Notes: generated by a model from the sequence alone, not told the origin. DNA of 64,000 nt from Coraliomargaritaceae bacterium (GCA_965656495.1 CBFHKU010000001.1:338781-402780), one strand, 5' to 3'; shown: positions 44,836 to 55,755, numbered from the stretch's first letter. Translations and numbers: made by a program.

Positions 44836-45522
44836 CTAGTCTGTTTTTTTGTGCATACCCAGACCCCACAAGGCCTCATTGATGCTTTCAAAACCAACTA
44901 ATTGCTCTAAAGCCTCGATTTCTTTATTGCTCGATAATCGAATAAAGAACTGCTCTTTGCGCTGGTTCAGGCCATGTTTTTGAATGTCCTTGAGGGCGTT
45001 GAGGTAGTAGCTGTGTTTTTTCTGTTTGTAGCTATTGGATTTACCGCCAACCAGATGCCAGAAATAAACGTTTTGAGCGCTGCCATCTTTTTCGTATATT
45101 CCGAATTCAGCCGGCTCGAAGCTTTTCCCAAACTGTTCGAAGGGAACACTGTATTTGCGCTCACAGCGGGTCCAGCCATTGATAACCCAACAGGTGTCCG
45201 GGGTATGAGACCCCGCCCAGCGGTAAGAGACCTTGCCGGGCTTCCAATAGGCAACGTAGACGCCTATAAATGTATCGCCACGGCGGTAGGTTCGGAAAAT
45301 GGCGTCGTCAAAGTTCAGAAAATCGGTGATACGAGCGCTGGCCTCGGGCGATTCTGCCATGTCATGCTCCTCCACTTGCCATCCCGCGAGTTGCTTGGGC
45401 AGTATCTCCGCCAGCGGCTGCTTTAGACTGGGTTCGGGCGGTGGAACGAGGCTAAAGTAAGATCGGAATCCGAGTACCGCCAGCAAACAGGCTGCAAGGA
45501 ATAGGAGGATTACATTTTTCAT
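44836..45522 (-). CDS. Exosortase-associated EpsI-family protein
   Basis: N-terminal anchor, LP.QLAGW, RTY, VYVAYW, HTPDTCW..NGW, YFW. Confidence 0.85.
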   Translation of the reverse strand: MKNVILLFLAACLLAVLGFRSYFSLVPPPEPSLKQPLAEILPKQLAGWQVEEHDMAESPEASARITDFLNFDDAIFRTYRRGDTFIGVYVAYWKPGKVSYRWAGSHTPDTCWVINGWTRCERKYSVPFEQFGKSFEPAEFGIYEKDGSAQNVYFWHLVGGKSNSYKQKKHSYYLNALKDIQKHGLNQRKEQFFIRLSSNKEIEALEQLVGFESINEALWGLGMHKKTD

Positions 45523-45656
45523 GAAGCCACAAAATTAGGTTTTTTATGCTGCTGAGTCAATGCAAGTTACTCCTGCAACCCAAAACCTGCATGGGGTTTT
45601 CAGCGTTATTTAAGTTGTCATTTTAACGATTATACAATTCGACTTAGATTGACGAT

Positions 45657-47624
45657 ATGAGTTTAGAGAAATCAGCGTCCAATAATATACAGCCGCTTGA
45701 GCTTGCCTTCTTTGGGGAATGTACGATCCCAAACCTGTTGGATTGGCTCGTCACTGGTCTCCTCTGTTTGATTTTGTTGACGGTAAGCTTCAGCTTAGGC
45801 GGGAGTCACGTGGAGTCACAGGTCTTCTATTTGCCTTTGTTTGCTTTGCTGCTAGTCTTTCATGCGCTATACTTGGTAACGGTAAATGAGCAGAAGCTTA
45901 GAATCAATGCGACGCCGCTGTATCTTATTCCGTTTTTAATTTGGGCTTTATTCAGTACGCTTTTCCTAACTACAACGCCGCTTCACGCCTGGCATGAATT
46001 TCTCTTTTTTCTCGAGGCATTTATCTTTTTTTGGGTGGCCACTAATAATCTGAAAAAGCGGGTGCATTTCGCAACACTCCTGGTCGTTGGTGTTTTTCCG
46101 GTTATTGTCGCACTCTTGCTTTCTTTCTATCAGTTTTTTCAAAAACCGGATTTTGCGCTGTCGATTTTACAGGATTCAGCAATTGCTCTGCATCCGCAAG
46201 TGGTTGGTCGGTCAACTGGTATTTTTGCGGATCCGGAAAGTTTCTCAATGCTCATACTCCTGGTTTTGCCTTGGGCCTTTGTGGTGACCGCCGTGCCAAG
46301 GCTACCCACTATTCTTCGGGTTCTGGGATTTTATGTACTAGTGACGCTTTTTGTTGGATTGGTTCTGAGTCAGACTTTCTGGTCTTTGCTGGTCGCGATG
46401 GTGGGTTGCGTGACTGCGGTAATTTTCTGCTTCGAAAAGTTAAAAACCCGAATTTACATCTCTTTATTGAGCCTTTCAGTCGCATCGGGAGTGATTGCTT
46501 TTTTGATTTCTCAATTTGGGCAAATTGGCCGCAGCTTCAATCAGGCGATTGCAATCGCCGGAGAGGGGAGTCGCCTCTTTATTTGGGAGCAAACTTTGGG
46601 TATCATTTTATCAAATCCCCTATGGGGTAGTGGTGCGGGAAGTTTTGCTCAGGAGATTGAACAGACCGGAAACTTTCAATTGTCACAATTAGTGGAATCG
46701 CCGTCCAGTGATATGCTTTTGTTGTTAGCGGAGTATGGCTTGCTTGGTTTTGGATTATTTGTGGTGCCAATCTTTTTGATTGTGAGCCGTGCCTTTGAAC
46801 GGTGGTTTAAGGAACCCAGTCGCGTTCGGCTTAAATTTTCCAAGAGGAGGGTCATGCCGCCCCAGCGTTTCTTTCTCACAATCGCGCTTGGCGGTGCGTT
46901 TGCTTCGTTTGAATGTTTTGTTTTGGGGCGGGTTTGGGCGACTCCGCTTTTGCTATTATACAATGCGATATTTCTCGCCATTTTGGTAAAGTCTTCGGAT
47001 GGGTCATTTGTCGAAATTAAAAAGACCGCTTTGACGCAGGTATTGTTCGTGGTGGTACTTGCTATCGGCGGCACATTCATGGTATTTTTCTTTAATCCAA
47101 TCATGCGCTCAGCAGGGCATACCTACGATGGCTTGCAAGGGATGAATAAAAGTTTAAGTTTAAGTAAAGGTACGAGGGAGCGCACCCGCTTGTTTGAGGC
47201 AACTTTTTTAGATTTTGAGGAGGCGATTGCGCTCTATCCACGCAACGGAACTGCTTTGCTGGGATTGGCTGCGACTTATTTGCAGAAGTATAATGAATCG
47301 CCTTCAGAACATGTACAGATTGGAAAAGAAGCTGCAGACTATGCTCAGCGGGCGATTCAATTAAGTCCCGACAATTGGCGCGGGTGGGCCTATCTAGGCT
47401 TGGCGGAATCGATGCAGGGTAATCCCGTACAGGCGGAGGAAGCTTACCTGGAGGGCTTGAAGCGAGCACCCAGCAGTAGTAATGCGAATTATTATTACGC
47501 AGCCTTTCTGGCGCAGTTACCGGAAAGAAGGCAAGTGGCGCTCAAGGTAGTGGAGGAATCACTGAGAATAAACCCCGCCAATAATGCGGCCCTGTTGTTA
47601 AAGCAAAAACTCTTAATCAAATAA
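45657..47624 (+). CDS. O-antigen ligase family protein with C-terminal TPRs
   Basis: About 12 TM segments, R.TG.FA.P, RLFIW, P.WG.GAGSF, LAEYGL.G, TPR-like tail. Confidence 0.85.
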   Translation: MSLEKSASNNIQPLELAFFGECTIPNLLDWLVTGLLCLILLTVSFSLGGSHVESQVFYLPLFALLLVFHALYLVTVNEQKLRINATPLYLIPFLIWALFSTLFLTTTPLHAWHEFLFFLEAFIFFWVATNNLKKRVHFATLLVVGVFPVIVALLLSFYQFFQKPDFALSILQDSAIALHPQVVGRSTGIFADPESFSMLILLVLPWAFVVTAVPRLPTILRVLGFYVLVTLFVGLVLSQTFWSLLVAMVGCVTAVIFCFEKLKTRIYISLLSLSVASGVIAFLISQFGQIGRSFNQAIAIAGEGSRLFIWEQTLGIILSNPLWGSGAGSFAQEIEQTGNFQLSQLVESPSSDMLLLLAEYGLLGFGLFVVPIFLIVSRAFERWFKEPSRVRLKFSKRRVMPPQRFFLTIALGGAFASFECFVLGRVWATPLLLLYNAIFLAILVKSSDGSFVEIKKTALTQVLFVVVLAIGGTFMVFFFNPIMRSAGHTYDGLQGMNKSLSLSKGTRERTRLFEATFLDFEEAIALYPRNGTALLGLAATYLQKYNESPSEHVQIGKEAADYAQRAIQLSPDNWRGWAYLGLAESMQGNPVQAEEAYLEGLKRAPSSSNANYYYAAFLAQLPERRQVALKVVEESLRINPANNAALLLKQKLLIK

Positions 47625-48499
47625 TGCGACATATTCTGCTATGGTCATCTCTTTTTTTGCTCAGCTCATTGCAGGCGCAAGACCTGTATCAGGGTGCATT
47701 TCTGATTTTAGATCAGGTAGGCGAAGTTGAGGTTTCAGATCACCTAGGGGTAATAGATGAAGCGTCACCTGAGTCAATGATGATGCGACCGGGTAATGTG
47801 GCGATTGATGCCGCTGAAGGCGGGGAGCTTTTGATTTTAAATTCCAATAAGGTTATCATGCTTATGGAGGGGGCGGGAAACTTAAGCTTTGAGCGCTTTG
47901 ATCAGTCGGTGGATACTTCGATGCATGCAGATATTACCAGCGGAAAGAGCCGGATGATTCTAGAGCTTAAAATTGGCAGACTGCTGATTGATTCATCGCG
48001 ATATGCAGCGGATGCCCACATTGTGCTTGAGACGCCTTTTGGTCGTTTGACTCTTGGCAAGAAGAGCCTTTTGAGCATTTCGATCTCGGAGAATAAAAAA
48101 CGTAAGCGCTTCAATTTTGAAATCGAGTGCAGTAAGGGAAGTGCAAATTTCACAGACCGAAGTGGACAGCCGTATGAGCTTTACAACGGTCAGCGCTTGA
48201 GCGGTTACAGCAAGGAGGGGTCACTCTCGCTCGGATTTTCTCAGGTTTCTTACAGTAGCAGAAGTGTTTTTAAACAATATGATCAAAAGCTGCCATCGTT
48301 TGATCTTGCGCAGTTTGATTTCGAAATTTTCAAGCCCCAGATGAAACTGCTCTTCGGAAAAGACCCTAGAAAGAATGACTTGCAGGAAGTATCCGTTAGT
48401 AGCCAAAGGTCAAAACGCCCCATTGTGATTGAGGTCGCCCCCCGCCCGGCTCCAACCTTGCCCATTCGCGCCATAAAAAAGTCGCTACATAAAGAATAA
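47624..48499 (+). CDS. Secreted hypothetical protein, FecR-like beta domain
   Basis: Signal peptide; LELKIGRL, IVLETPFG, C..GS. Confidence 0.6.
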   Translation: MRHILLWSSLFLLSSLQAQDLYQGAFLILDQVGEVEVSDHLGVIDEASPESMMMRPGNVAIDAAEGGELLILNSNKVIMLMEGAGNLSFERFDQSVDTSMHADITSGKSRMILELKIGRLLIDSSRYAADAHIVLETPFGRLTLGKKSLLSISISENKKRKRFNFEIECSKGSANFTDRSGQPYELYNGQRLSGYSKEGSLSLGFSQVSYSSRSVFKQYDQKLPSFDLAQFDFEIFKPQMKLLFGKDPRKNDLQEVSVSSQRSKRPIVIEVAPRPAPTLPIRAIKKSLHKE

Positions 48500-48508
48500 T
48501 CCACTGTA

Positions 48509-49903
48509 ATGGAGTCAGGTGACCGTAACATCAAAGTAATGAGGCTTAATCTCATAATTCTGACCTTGATCATGCTTAGTGTGGCAGGGTGGCTCTGCTT
48601 GGCGAATAGTGGTTTGTTGGGTAATTTGGAGCAAAATGCTTTGCAGGCAGGTAAGCCTGAACCGACAGAAGCTGCTGCTTTAAGCCAAGCTGAAAAGGGT
48701 GCGTTGATTGAAGCGACCAATGCGGTCAAAAGTCTCGGTTTAGTGGGCACCTCGGTGCTGACTTTGCTTTTTTCTCTGCCGGTTTATGGACTATCGGTTT
48801 ACAATCGTCGTGGCCGAGCACTGTTGGGTTTGGTCAGTGCGTTTTGCTTGCTGCTCTATGCAGTGATGGTGCCGCAATTGGAACAAAAGATGGGTTTGGC
48901 ACTGCCGCTCTTTGCGCCCATTGGCTCTGCGCTTACGGCCACCGCGGTAATTTTCCTTTTTCGTCTCAATCAAGAGGAGAAAAAACGCCGCCGCCTACAA
49001 AATATTTTCAGTTCCTATTTATCCCCTGAATTGGTGGATCGATTACTGGAGAGCGATCATAACCCGCAAAACGGGGGTACCGAGGTCTGCATTTCAATGC
49101 TTTTTTCTGATGTCGAAAATTTCGCCGGAATTGCGCAGGAGTTGCCCCCCGATCAACTCGTTGAACTTATGGGGATTTATCTCACTGCGATGTCAGAAGT
49201 TTTGCGGGCAAATCAGGCAACCTTGGATAAATTCGTGGGTGATGGAATCGTGGCGATGTTTGGCATGCCGGTCGTTTTACCCAACCATGCCGCAATGGCA
49301 TGCCAGGCGGCCCTGCGCATGCAGGAGCGCTGTGCCGCCCTGCGCCGCGAATGGCAGGCCTCAGGTGAATGGCCCGCCTCGGTTTCCTGTCTGCATAACC
49401 GTATTGGCGTGCATACCGGTCAGGCCGTTGTGGGTAACTTCGGGAGTGCTCAACGTTTTAATTACACGATGATTGGCGACTCGGTGAACCTCGCATCCCG
49501 CTGTGAAGCCATCGCCAAGGAATACGGGGTTTACACCCTTGTGAGCGGTGAAACGCTTGAAGCGGCGTGCAAGGATCTGCCGGATCTGCGTTACCGCAAG
49601 ATTGATGACGTGGTCTTCAGGGGCCGCTATACCTCCTTTGCGCTTTACGAATTATGGGATGGAAGCGTTGATGCGAAGGATTCCCTCGCTTGTAAGGCCG
49701 CTTATGAGCCGGCGCTGGATGCTTACCAAAAAGGAGATTTCCCTGCCGCCATCAAAGGCTTTGAGTTGGCGGAGTCACGCGAGCCCCTGCGTTTAAGCAC
49801 TGCCCATACACCGAGTTCGGTTCTGCTGGCTCGTTCCCGTAAATATTTGGAGGAGGGGGCACCTCCGGGATGGAATGGCGCGCACTATTGCGAACTCAAG
49901 TAA
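48509..49903 (+). CDS. Membrane class III adenylate/guanylate cyclase
   Basis: FSSYLSPELV, LFSDVENF, LDKFVGDGIVAMFG.P, RIGVHTG, YTMIGDSVNLASRCE. Confidence 0.93.
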   Translation: MESGDRNIKVMRLNLIILTLIMLSVAGWLCLANSGLLGNLEQNALQAGKPEPTEAAALSQAEKGALIEATNAVKSLGLVGTSVLTLLFSLPVYGLSVYNRRGRALLGLVSAFCLLLYAVMVPQLEQKMGLALPLFAPIGSALTATAVIFLFRLNQEEKKRRRLQNIFSSYLSPELVDRLLESDHNPQNGGTEVCISMLFSDVENFAGIAQELPPDQLVELMGIYLTAMSEVLRANQATLDKFVGDGIVAMFGMPVVLPNHAAMACQAALRMQERCAALRREWQASGEWPASVSCLHNRIGVHTGQAVVGNFGSAQRFNYTMIGDSVNLASRCEAIAKEYGVYTLVSGETLEAACKDLPDLRYRKIDDVVFRGRYTSFALYELWDGSVDAKDSLACKAAYEPALDAYQKGDFPAAIKGFELAESREPLRLSTAHTPSSVLLARSRKYLEEGAPPGWNGAHYCELK

Positions 49904-49910
49904 ACTGCTT

Positions 49911-50228
49911 TTAGTAGCGGCGCATTTCCGGGTCCACCGAGACCGCCCAGGCATCAATGCCCCCGCGCAGATTCACGACCCCCTCGTAGCCCCGCTCCGT
50001 CAAAAATTCCAATACCCTCATGCTTCGCATCCCATGATGACAAAAGACAACCACTTTGCCATCCTTCGGGATTTCGGACATGCGTGCAGGAATCTCATTC
50101 ATGGGAATATGGCACGCGCCTGCTATCGAGCAGATTGCCAGTTCATCCCATTCCCGGACATCCAGAAATACGGTGTCTGCCTTGCCCAATGATTTTGATG
50201 CATCTACTGCACTGATTTCCTTGTCCAT
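49911..50228 (-). CDS. Rhodanese-like sulfurtransferase
   Basis: [28 protein letters not shown]. Confidence 0.92.
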   Translation of the reverse strand: MDKEISAVDASKSLGKADTVFLDVREWDELAICSIAGACHIPMNEIPARMSEIPKDGKVVVFCHHGMRSMRVLEFLTERGYEGVVNLRGGIDAWAVSVDPEMRRY

Positions 50229-50257
50229 TCGCTCACTTTTGTGAACATTATACCCGA

Positions 50258-51010
50258 ATGTCAAAGTTACCTTCCATAATTTGCCCAGCTCGCGTGACCT
50301 CGCAACGTTTTCCCCGCAAGGTCTTTCATGAGGTGCGGGGCAAGCCCATTATCCTATGGACTGCCGAGCGGATTCGCTCCGAAGCACCCGAATTCCCGCT
50401 CTTTTTTGCCGTCGATGCCCCGGAACTGGCGGAGTGCCTGGCGAACGCCGGCTTTGAGGCAATCCTGACAGATCCCGCCCATCCCTCCGGGACCGACCGC
50501 CTCGCGGAGGCCAATGCCACGGTCGGAGCCGAGGCGGTTATCAATGTGCAGGGCGATGAACCCCTTGTTACCGGAGCACAAATTCGAGCATTGGCCGCAA
50601 GTCTCGAAAATAGCGAAGCGGCGATGTCCACTCTGGCGACGCCGTTTACCAACCCTGCCGATTTTAATGACCCCAACCAGGTCAAAGTCGTTCGCGATCA
50701 GGCAGGCTTCGCACTTTATTTCTCCCGCGCCCCGATCCCCTATGACCGTGAAAGCGGCGGGAAGCCGGATGCCGCAGCCCTGCAGGCGCATGCATGCTAC
50801 CGGCACCTCGGGCTTTACGCCTACCGCGCCGATTTCCTGCACGAATTTACCACGCTCAAGCCCGGGTTGTATGAAACAACCGAAAAGCTCGAACAACTCC
50901 GCGCCCTTGAAAACGGCTACCGCATCCATGTCGCCCTCACCGATGAACCCAGTGTCGGAATCGACACGCCCGAGGATGTCGCCCGTTTTGAAGCTGCGCT
51001 GCCCGCTTGA
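50258..51010 (+). CDS. kdsB: 3-deoxy-manno-octulosonate cytidylyltransferase
   Basis: [51 protein letters not shown]. Confidence 0.96.
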   Translation: MSKLPSIICPARVTSQRFPRKVFHEVRGKPIILWTAERIRSEAPEFPLFFAVDAPELAECLANAGFEAILTDPAHPSGTDRLAEANATVGAEAVINVQGDEPLVTGAQIRALAASLENSEAAMSTLATPFTNPADFNDPNQVKVVRDQAGFALYFSRAPIPYDRESGGKPDAAALQAHACYRHLGLYAYRADFLHEFTTLKPGLYETTEKLEQLRALENGYRIHVALTDEPSVGIDTPEDVARFEAALPA

Positions 51011-51043
51011 CAAACTCCGTCCCTCCAAGCCCTATTGATATTA

Positions 51044-52273
51044 ATGGAATTTGCCGAACAGAAACAAAAATTGGAAATCGATCCTGAAGCCTTGCCCGAT
51101 GCACGCGGTCACTTCGGGAACTACGGCGGCATGTATGTTCCCGAAACGCTCATGACCCCGCTCTTCGATCTGACCGAAGCCTACCATGCCGCGCGTCAGG
51201 ATCCGGGCTTTCAGGAGGAACTACAGCATCACCTGCGTGAATTTGCCGGACGCCCCACCAATCTCTACTTTGCGGAGCGACTCACTGAGCACTGTGGCGG
51301 CGCACAAATCTTTCTGAAGCGGGAAGACCTCCTGCATACCGGTGCACACAAAATCAATAATGCCCTCGGGCAGGCGCTCCTCGCCAAACGCATGGGGAAG
51401 ACCCGCATCATTGCCGAAACAGGCGCCGGTCAGCATGGGATCGCAACCGCTGCGATGTGCGCAAAAATGGGATTTGAATGCGTCATTTATATGGGCGAGG
51501 AGGACATGCGCCGCCAGGAACTGAATGTCTATCGCATGCGTCTTTGCGGTGCGGAGGTGCGCGGCGTTTCTGCCGGGCAAAAAACCCTCAAAGAAGCGGT
51601 CAACGAAGCGATGCGCGATTGGGTCACCAACGTGCGCCACACCCACTACATCATTGGTTCCGCCCTTGGTGCGCATCCCTTTCCCATGATGGTGCGCGAC
51701 TTCCATCGTGTCATCGGTGAGGAAACCCGCCGCCAAATCCTTGAAAAGGCGGGGCGCTTGCCCGACGAAGTCGCCGCCTGCGTCGGCGGTGGTTCCAACG
51801 CGATTGGTATTTTCTTTGCCTTCCTGAACGATCCCGAAGTGCGCCTAACGGGCGTCGAAGCCGGGGGGCGCGAAATCAAGCAGGGGCATCACGCCGCCCG
51901 TTTTGCAGGGGGGCGTCTCGGAGTCCTCCAAGGCGCAAAAACCTGGATCCTACAGAACGACGAGGGTCAAATCGACCTCACCCACTCCGTCTCGGCGGGA
52001 CTGGACTATGCGGCGGTTGGCCCCGAGCACGCTTATTACAAGGAAAAAGGGCGCATCGACTTCGGATACGCCACGGACGAAGAGGCCTTGCAAGCCTTCC
52101 GCGACCTTTGCTCGGTTGAAGGCATCGTGCCGGCCCTCGAGACCGCGCACGGAATCGCCTACACCATGCAACGCGCCCGCGAGCTTGGACCGGATCAAAT
52201 CATCATCGGTAACCTCAGTGGTCGCGGCGATAAAGACGTGCAGGAGGCCGCCCGTGTCCTTGGGGATCTTTAA
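51044..52273 (+). CDS. trpB: Tryptophan synthase beta subunit
   Basis: [46 protein letters not shown]. Confidence 0.98.
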   Translation: MEFAEQKQKLEIDPEALPDARGHFGNYGGMYVPETLMTPLFDLTEAYHAARQDPGFQEELQHHLREFAGRPTNLYFAERLTEHCGGAQIFLKREDLLHTGAHKINNALGQALLAKRMGKTRIIAETGAGQHGIATAAMCAKMGFECVIYMGEEDMRRQELNVYRMRLCGAEVRGVSAGQKTLKEAVNEAMRDWVTNVRHTHYIIGSALGAHPFPMMVRDFHRVIGEETRRQILEKAGRLPDEVAACVGGGSNAIGIFFAFLNDPEVRLTGVEAGGREIKQGHHAARFAGGRLGVLQGAKTWILQNDEGQIDLTHSVSAGLDYAAVGPEHAYYKEKGRIDFGYATDEEALQAFRDLCSVEGIVPALETAHGIAYTMQRARELGPDQIIIGNLSGRGDKDVQEAARVLGDL

Positions 52274-52285
52274 CACCGCTTTGCC

Positions 52286-52849
52286 ATGCTACTCGTCATC
52301 GACAATTACGACTCCTTCACTTACAATCTGGTGCAATACTTTGGTCAGTTGGGGGTCGAGCAACAGGTCTTTCGCAATGATGCCATCACGGTAGCGGAGG
52401 CCCGCGCCCTCAAACCGGAACGCATTATGATTTCGCCCGGGCCCCGTTCGCCCAATGAAGCGGGCGTGAGCCTCGAGATGATCGAAGCCTTCGCGGGAGA
52501 AATTCCACTGCTGGGAGTTTGCCTCGGGCATCAGAGCGTCGGGCAGCATTTCGGCGGTAAGGTCGTTCGCGCGGATCGCCTCATGCACGGTAAAACCAGC
52601 CGCGTTCAGCATCAGGACACCGACCTTTTTAAAGGCCTTCCCAATCCCATGGAAGCGACCCGCTATCATTCCCTTATCGTGGAGCGCGCCTCGCTGCCCG
52701 ATTGCCTCATCGTGACTGCGGAAACCGACGCCGGAGAAATCATGGGTCTCGCGCACCGCGACCTGCCGGTTTGGGGCGTCCAGTTTCATCCTGAATCGAT
52801 TGCTACCCAATCCGGTATGCAGCTTTTAGAGAATTTCCTGAAGCTGTAA
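52286..52849 (+). CDS. trpG: Anthranilate/aminodeoxychorismate synthase component II (TrpG/PabA)
   Basis: [36 protein letters not shown]. Confidence 0.93.
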   Translation: MLLVIDNYDSFTYNLVQYFGQLGVEQQVFRNDAITVAEARALKPERIMISPGPRSPNEAGVSLEMIEAFAGEIPLLGVCLGHQSVGQHFGGKVVRADRLMHGKTSRVQHQDTDLFKGLPNPMEATRYHSLIVERASLPDCLIVTAETDAGEIMGLAHRDLPVWGVQFHPESIATQSGMQLLENFLKL

Positions 52850-52872
52850 GCGGACGGTCGTAGTGGTCGCAA

Positions 52873-52918
52873 TGACTAAATATAGGGCTTGCCCCCCTGC
52901 CTGCACTACATCTAGTGT
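52873..52918. promoter_or_regulatory. Two candidate NrdR boxes upstream of nrdR
   Basis: TGACTAAATATAGGGC (52873-52888) and GCACTACATCTAGTGT (52903-52918) resemble the acaCwAtATaTwGtgt consensus. Confidence 0.65.
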
Positions 52919-52968
52919 TTTAGATCCCTGAACACAAATGGCTTTGAGTCCAGTTCAGGTTTAAAATT

Positions 52969-53421
52969 ATGCGCTGTCCAAAATGCACCTCCCTCGAAAC
53001 AAAGGTTCTCGATACCCGCACCGGTAAAAACGAGACCTCTATTCGCCGCCGCCGCGAATGCCTCGACTGCGGCGCGCGCTTTTCAACTATTGAGGAAGTC
53101 CTGCGCGCCGACCTACAGATCGTCAAACGAGACGGACGCCGCGAGGATTTTGACCGTGGCAAGATGTTGAACGGCCTCAAGAAAGCGGTTGAAAAACGCC
53201 CGATTGATGCGATGCAGATTGAAATGCTGGTGGCGGATGTCCTCGCCGCCCTGGAACGTGAGCACGACCACGAGATCCCCGCGCGAGCGGTGGGTGAGGA
53301 AATCATGGAACGCCTCAAGCGCCTCGATAAAATCGCCTACGTCCGATACGCCTCGGTCTACAAGGATTTCCGCGACCTCGCCGAACTCGCCCGCGAAATC
53401 AACGCCCTCGAAGAAGGGTAA
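52969..53421 (+). CDS. nrdR: Transcriptional repressor NrdR
   Basis: [24 protein letters not shown] cone, AYVRYASVY. Confidence 0.98.
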   Translation: MRCPKCTSLETKVLDTRTGKNETSIRRRRECLDCGARFSTIEEVLRADLQIVKRDGRREDFDRGKMLNGLKKAVEKRPIDAMQIEMLVADVLAALEREHDHEIPARAVGEEIMERLKRLDKIAYVRYASVYKDFRDLAELAREINALEEG

Positions 53422-53485
53422 GCGCGCGGCGTAGAAAAGGTATTTTACCTTCCCACTTTTGTACTTTCGTACTTTTCTACCAAAA

Positions 53486-53971
53486 ATGCCCCGCCGCGAC
53501 CCAGTTGAGCAACTCCGCACCTTGAACGAGCTCCTTGCCAGCGCGGCGGCTTCTGACCCCGAGCGCGCCGAACATGCCCGCCGTGCCATCGATTTTTTCA
53601 GCAATGAACAGGAGCGCACCGAAGCAGGCAAGACCCCTCCAAGCGTCGGTCATTGCGCCCGTGAGCTTGCCCGCCTCCATTTGGGTGACCCGCCGGAGAG
53701 CCTTATAGCCTTCAGTCATTGGCATATCGCGGAGGGACAGGCCTGCGACCCACTCTGGCTGCGTTCGGAAATTGTTGCCCGGATGCGCGAACTGGCCGGA
53801 CGCCGGGCCGCGCTCCTCCTCGTGACCGGGCTGCGCGAAGCCCTCAGTCCCGACGGGACCTATTGGACCCGCGCCCGCCAATCCGAATACCAGCGCGTTT
53901 GTGATTCCATCGATGACCTCGCCTGCGCTTGGGCTTCACGCGGTTCAAACTTGCAGGTCGTCGTCATCTAG
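53486..53971 (+). CDS. Hypothetical protein
   Basis: Fills the gap between nrdR and the HIT gene on the same strand. No family recognised. Confidence 0.65.
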   Translation: MPRRDPVEQLRTLNELLASAAASDPERAEHARRAIDFFSNEQERTEAGKTPPSVGHCARELARLHLGDPPESLIAFSHWHIAEGQACDPLWLRSEIVARMRELAGRRAALLLVTGLREALSPDGTYWTRARQSEYQRVCDSIDDLACAWASRGSNLQVVVI

Positions 53972-53986
53972 ATTTCATATCAAACC

Positions 53987-54331
53987 ATGAGCGAAGCCAC
54001 CCTTTTTGAGAAAATCATCGCCCGCGAAATCCCCGCAAAAATTGAACACGAGGACGCGCACTGCATTGTCATTCACGACATCGACCCGCAGGCGCCGGTG
54101 CATTGCCTCATTATTCCAAAAAAACCGATCCCGCGCATCGCAGAAGCGGAAAACGGCGATCAATCCACCCTCGGGTACCTCCTTTTGACCGCGGCGCAGG
54201 TCGCCAAAAAACTCGAACTCGCCGAGGGCTTTCGCATCGTCATCAATAACGGTACAGATGGAGGCGAGACCGTCCCGCACTTGCATGTGCACCTCTTGGG
54301 GGGTCGCCCCCTGCAGTGGCCTCCGGGTTAA
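53987..54331 (+). CDS. Histidine triad (HIT/HINT) protein
   Basis: TLFEKII.REIPA, DIDPQAPVH, HLHVHLLGG, WPPG. Confidence 0.95.
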   Translation: MSEATLFEKIIAREIPAKIEHEDAHCIVIHDIDPQAPVHCLIIPKKPIPRIAEAENGDQSTLGYLLLTAAQVAKKLELAEGFRIVINNGTDGGETVPHLHVHLLGGRPLQWPPG

Positions 54332-55755
54332 AGCAAGTAGCGATTCGCAATTGAAATGCCACTGAGCATGGCACCGGTGATGCCAAGGAAGCCCTGATCG
54401 GTTCCCGCCAGATAGAGGTTTTCCAAGTGCGTGCTGCCATCCTTTTGCTTGTGGGTCGCACCGTAGATCGCGCCATTCAAGTGACCCGTAAATTTGCGGA
54501 CGGTGCGGGGCGTGAACATATCCTTCGCGAGGATGCGGTCGCCGAAATGGGTTCCCCCGGGCAGGGCGGGCAACTGCGCCAGCGCGACCTGCATGAGCTC
54601 CGCATACCAATATTCCTTGCGGGCGGTGTAGGCGGCTTCCTCAAGCGAGCACCAGTCGTCGTGATTCGCCATCGCAGTGACCCGCAGAAAACCCTCCTCC
54701 AGTTGCCGCTCCGCTCCGTAATCGTAATTATTCGGCAGGCAAATTACCCCGCTGGTGGGATCCACCTCCTCGCCGGATGGAACCCCGGCATAGCGGAAAC
54801 GCTCACGGGTGTTGAAAAAGATAATGGTGTCTTCCCAGCCCAATTCTTGCGGTTGCCCCTCAAAGGCCGTGATCGTTTCGGTAAACGAGAGTTGCCCGAT
54901 GTTCCCCGCCTGCGCATCCTCCGGTTGATCGTCGCAAAGACGCGCGGTCTCAACCGAACCGGCAGTGGAGAGGATCGTGTCGGCGGTCAAAGTGCTGCCG
55001 TCATCGAGCGTCAGGGCGGTGGCGCGTCCACTCTCGGCATGAATGCTTTTTACCCCGCACTTCATTTTACGGAGCCCCCCGAGGCTGCGGAATTTATCCT
55101 GCAGTAAACGGATCACCACCCGCACCCCATCAAAGGGACGCGCAAAGCCTTCAAAAAACAGAGAACGAAACATGATCGCGAATTGCCCGAAATCCATGTC
55201 GTGCGCCTCCGCGCTCCCGTAATACATCACCGGGCAAAAGAGCATATCCTCCAGAAGGGGATCGTTGATGTGTCGCTGGACCGCCTCGCGGGCGGAACTC
55301 CGACCGCCCTCCAGTTGGAAGGGATCCATCTCGCGGATTTCCCCGGCGAGGGCGCGAAATCCGTCGATCTGCTTCGGGAAATTTGCCGCGACCTCAGATT
55401 CCAGGAGAGAAAAATCATTCGAGAATTTCAGTCTGCAACCCGGGAAGGCGATGCGGGAACCGAATTGCGGACAGAGGTCGAGGGCATCGTAGGGAATCCG
55501 CAATTGCCGGAGGAGCTTGGTAAGGGGCGTGCCTTTGGTTCCCTTGGGGACATAATTGGTCATGGCGTGGAGCCCGACGTCGTACTTGCGGCCTTCGATG
55601 CTGTAAAAGGAATTGAGCCCGCCCGAGGCGTTGTGGCGTTCTAGGATGAGGACTTCGCGCCCCGCGAGGGCGAGGCGAATGCCTGCCGCCATTCCCGCCA
55701 TGCCCGCGCCAATAATAATGGTTTCGTAGTGCGTCTGAAGTCCTTTACTGGGCAT
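54328..55755 (-). CDS. FAD-dependent oxidoreductase, phytoene desaturase/retinol saturase-like
   Basis: IIIGAGMAG, ERH...GGL, DVGLHA, TP.T...FT....GAIYG, LYLAG.DQG..GI.GAMLSG. Confidence 0.88.
   Translation of the reverse strand: MPSKGLQTHYETIIIGAGMAGMAAGIRLALAGREVLILERHNASGGLNSFYSIEGRKYDVGLHAMTNYVPKGTKGTPLTKLLRQLRIPYDALDLCPQFGSRIAFPGCRLKFSNDFSLLESEVAANFPKQIDGFRALAGEIREMDPFQLEGGRSSAREAVQRHINDPLLEDMLFCPVMYYGSAEAHDMDFGQFAIMFRSLFFEGFARPFDGVRVVIRLLQDKFRSLGGLRKMKCGVKSIHAESGRATALTLDDGSTLTADTILSTAGSVETARLCDDQPEDAQAGNIGQLSFTETITAFEGQPQELGWEDTIIFFNTRERFRYAGVPSGEEVDPTSGVICLPNNYDYGAERQLEEGFLRVTAMANHDDWCSLEEAAYTARKEYWYAELMQVALAQLPALPGGTHFGDRILAKDMFTPRTVRKFTGHLNGAIYGATHKQKDGSTHLENLYLAGTDQGFLGITGAMLSGISIANRYLL

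Noticed and set aside
54328..55755. Carotenoid biosynthesis (crtI)
   Set aside because: No phytoene synthase or other crt genes are nearby; the context is ACP and ketosynthase.
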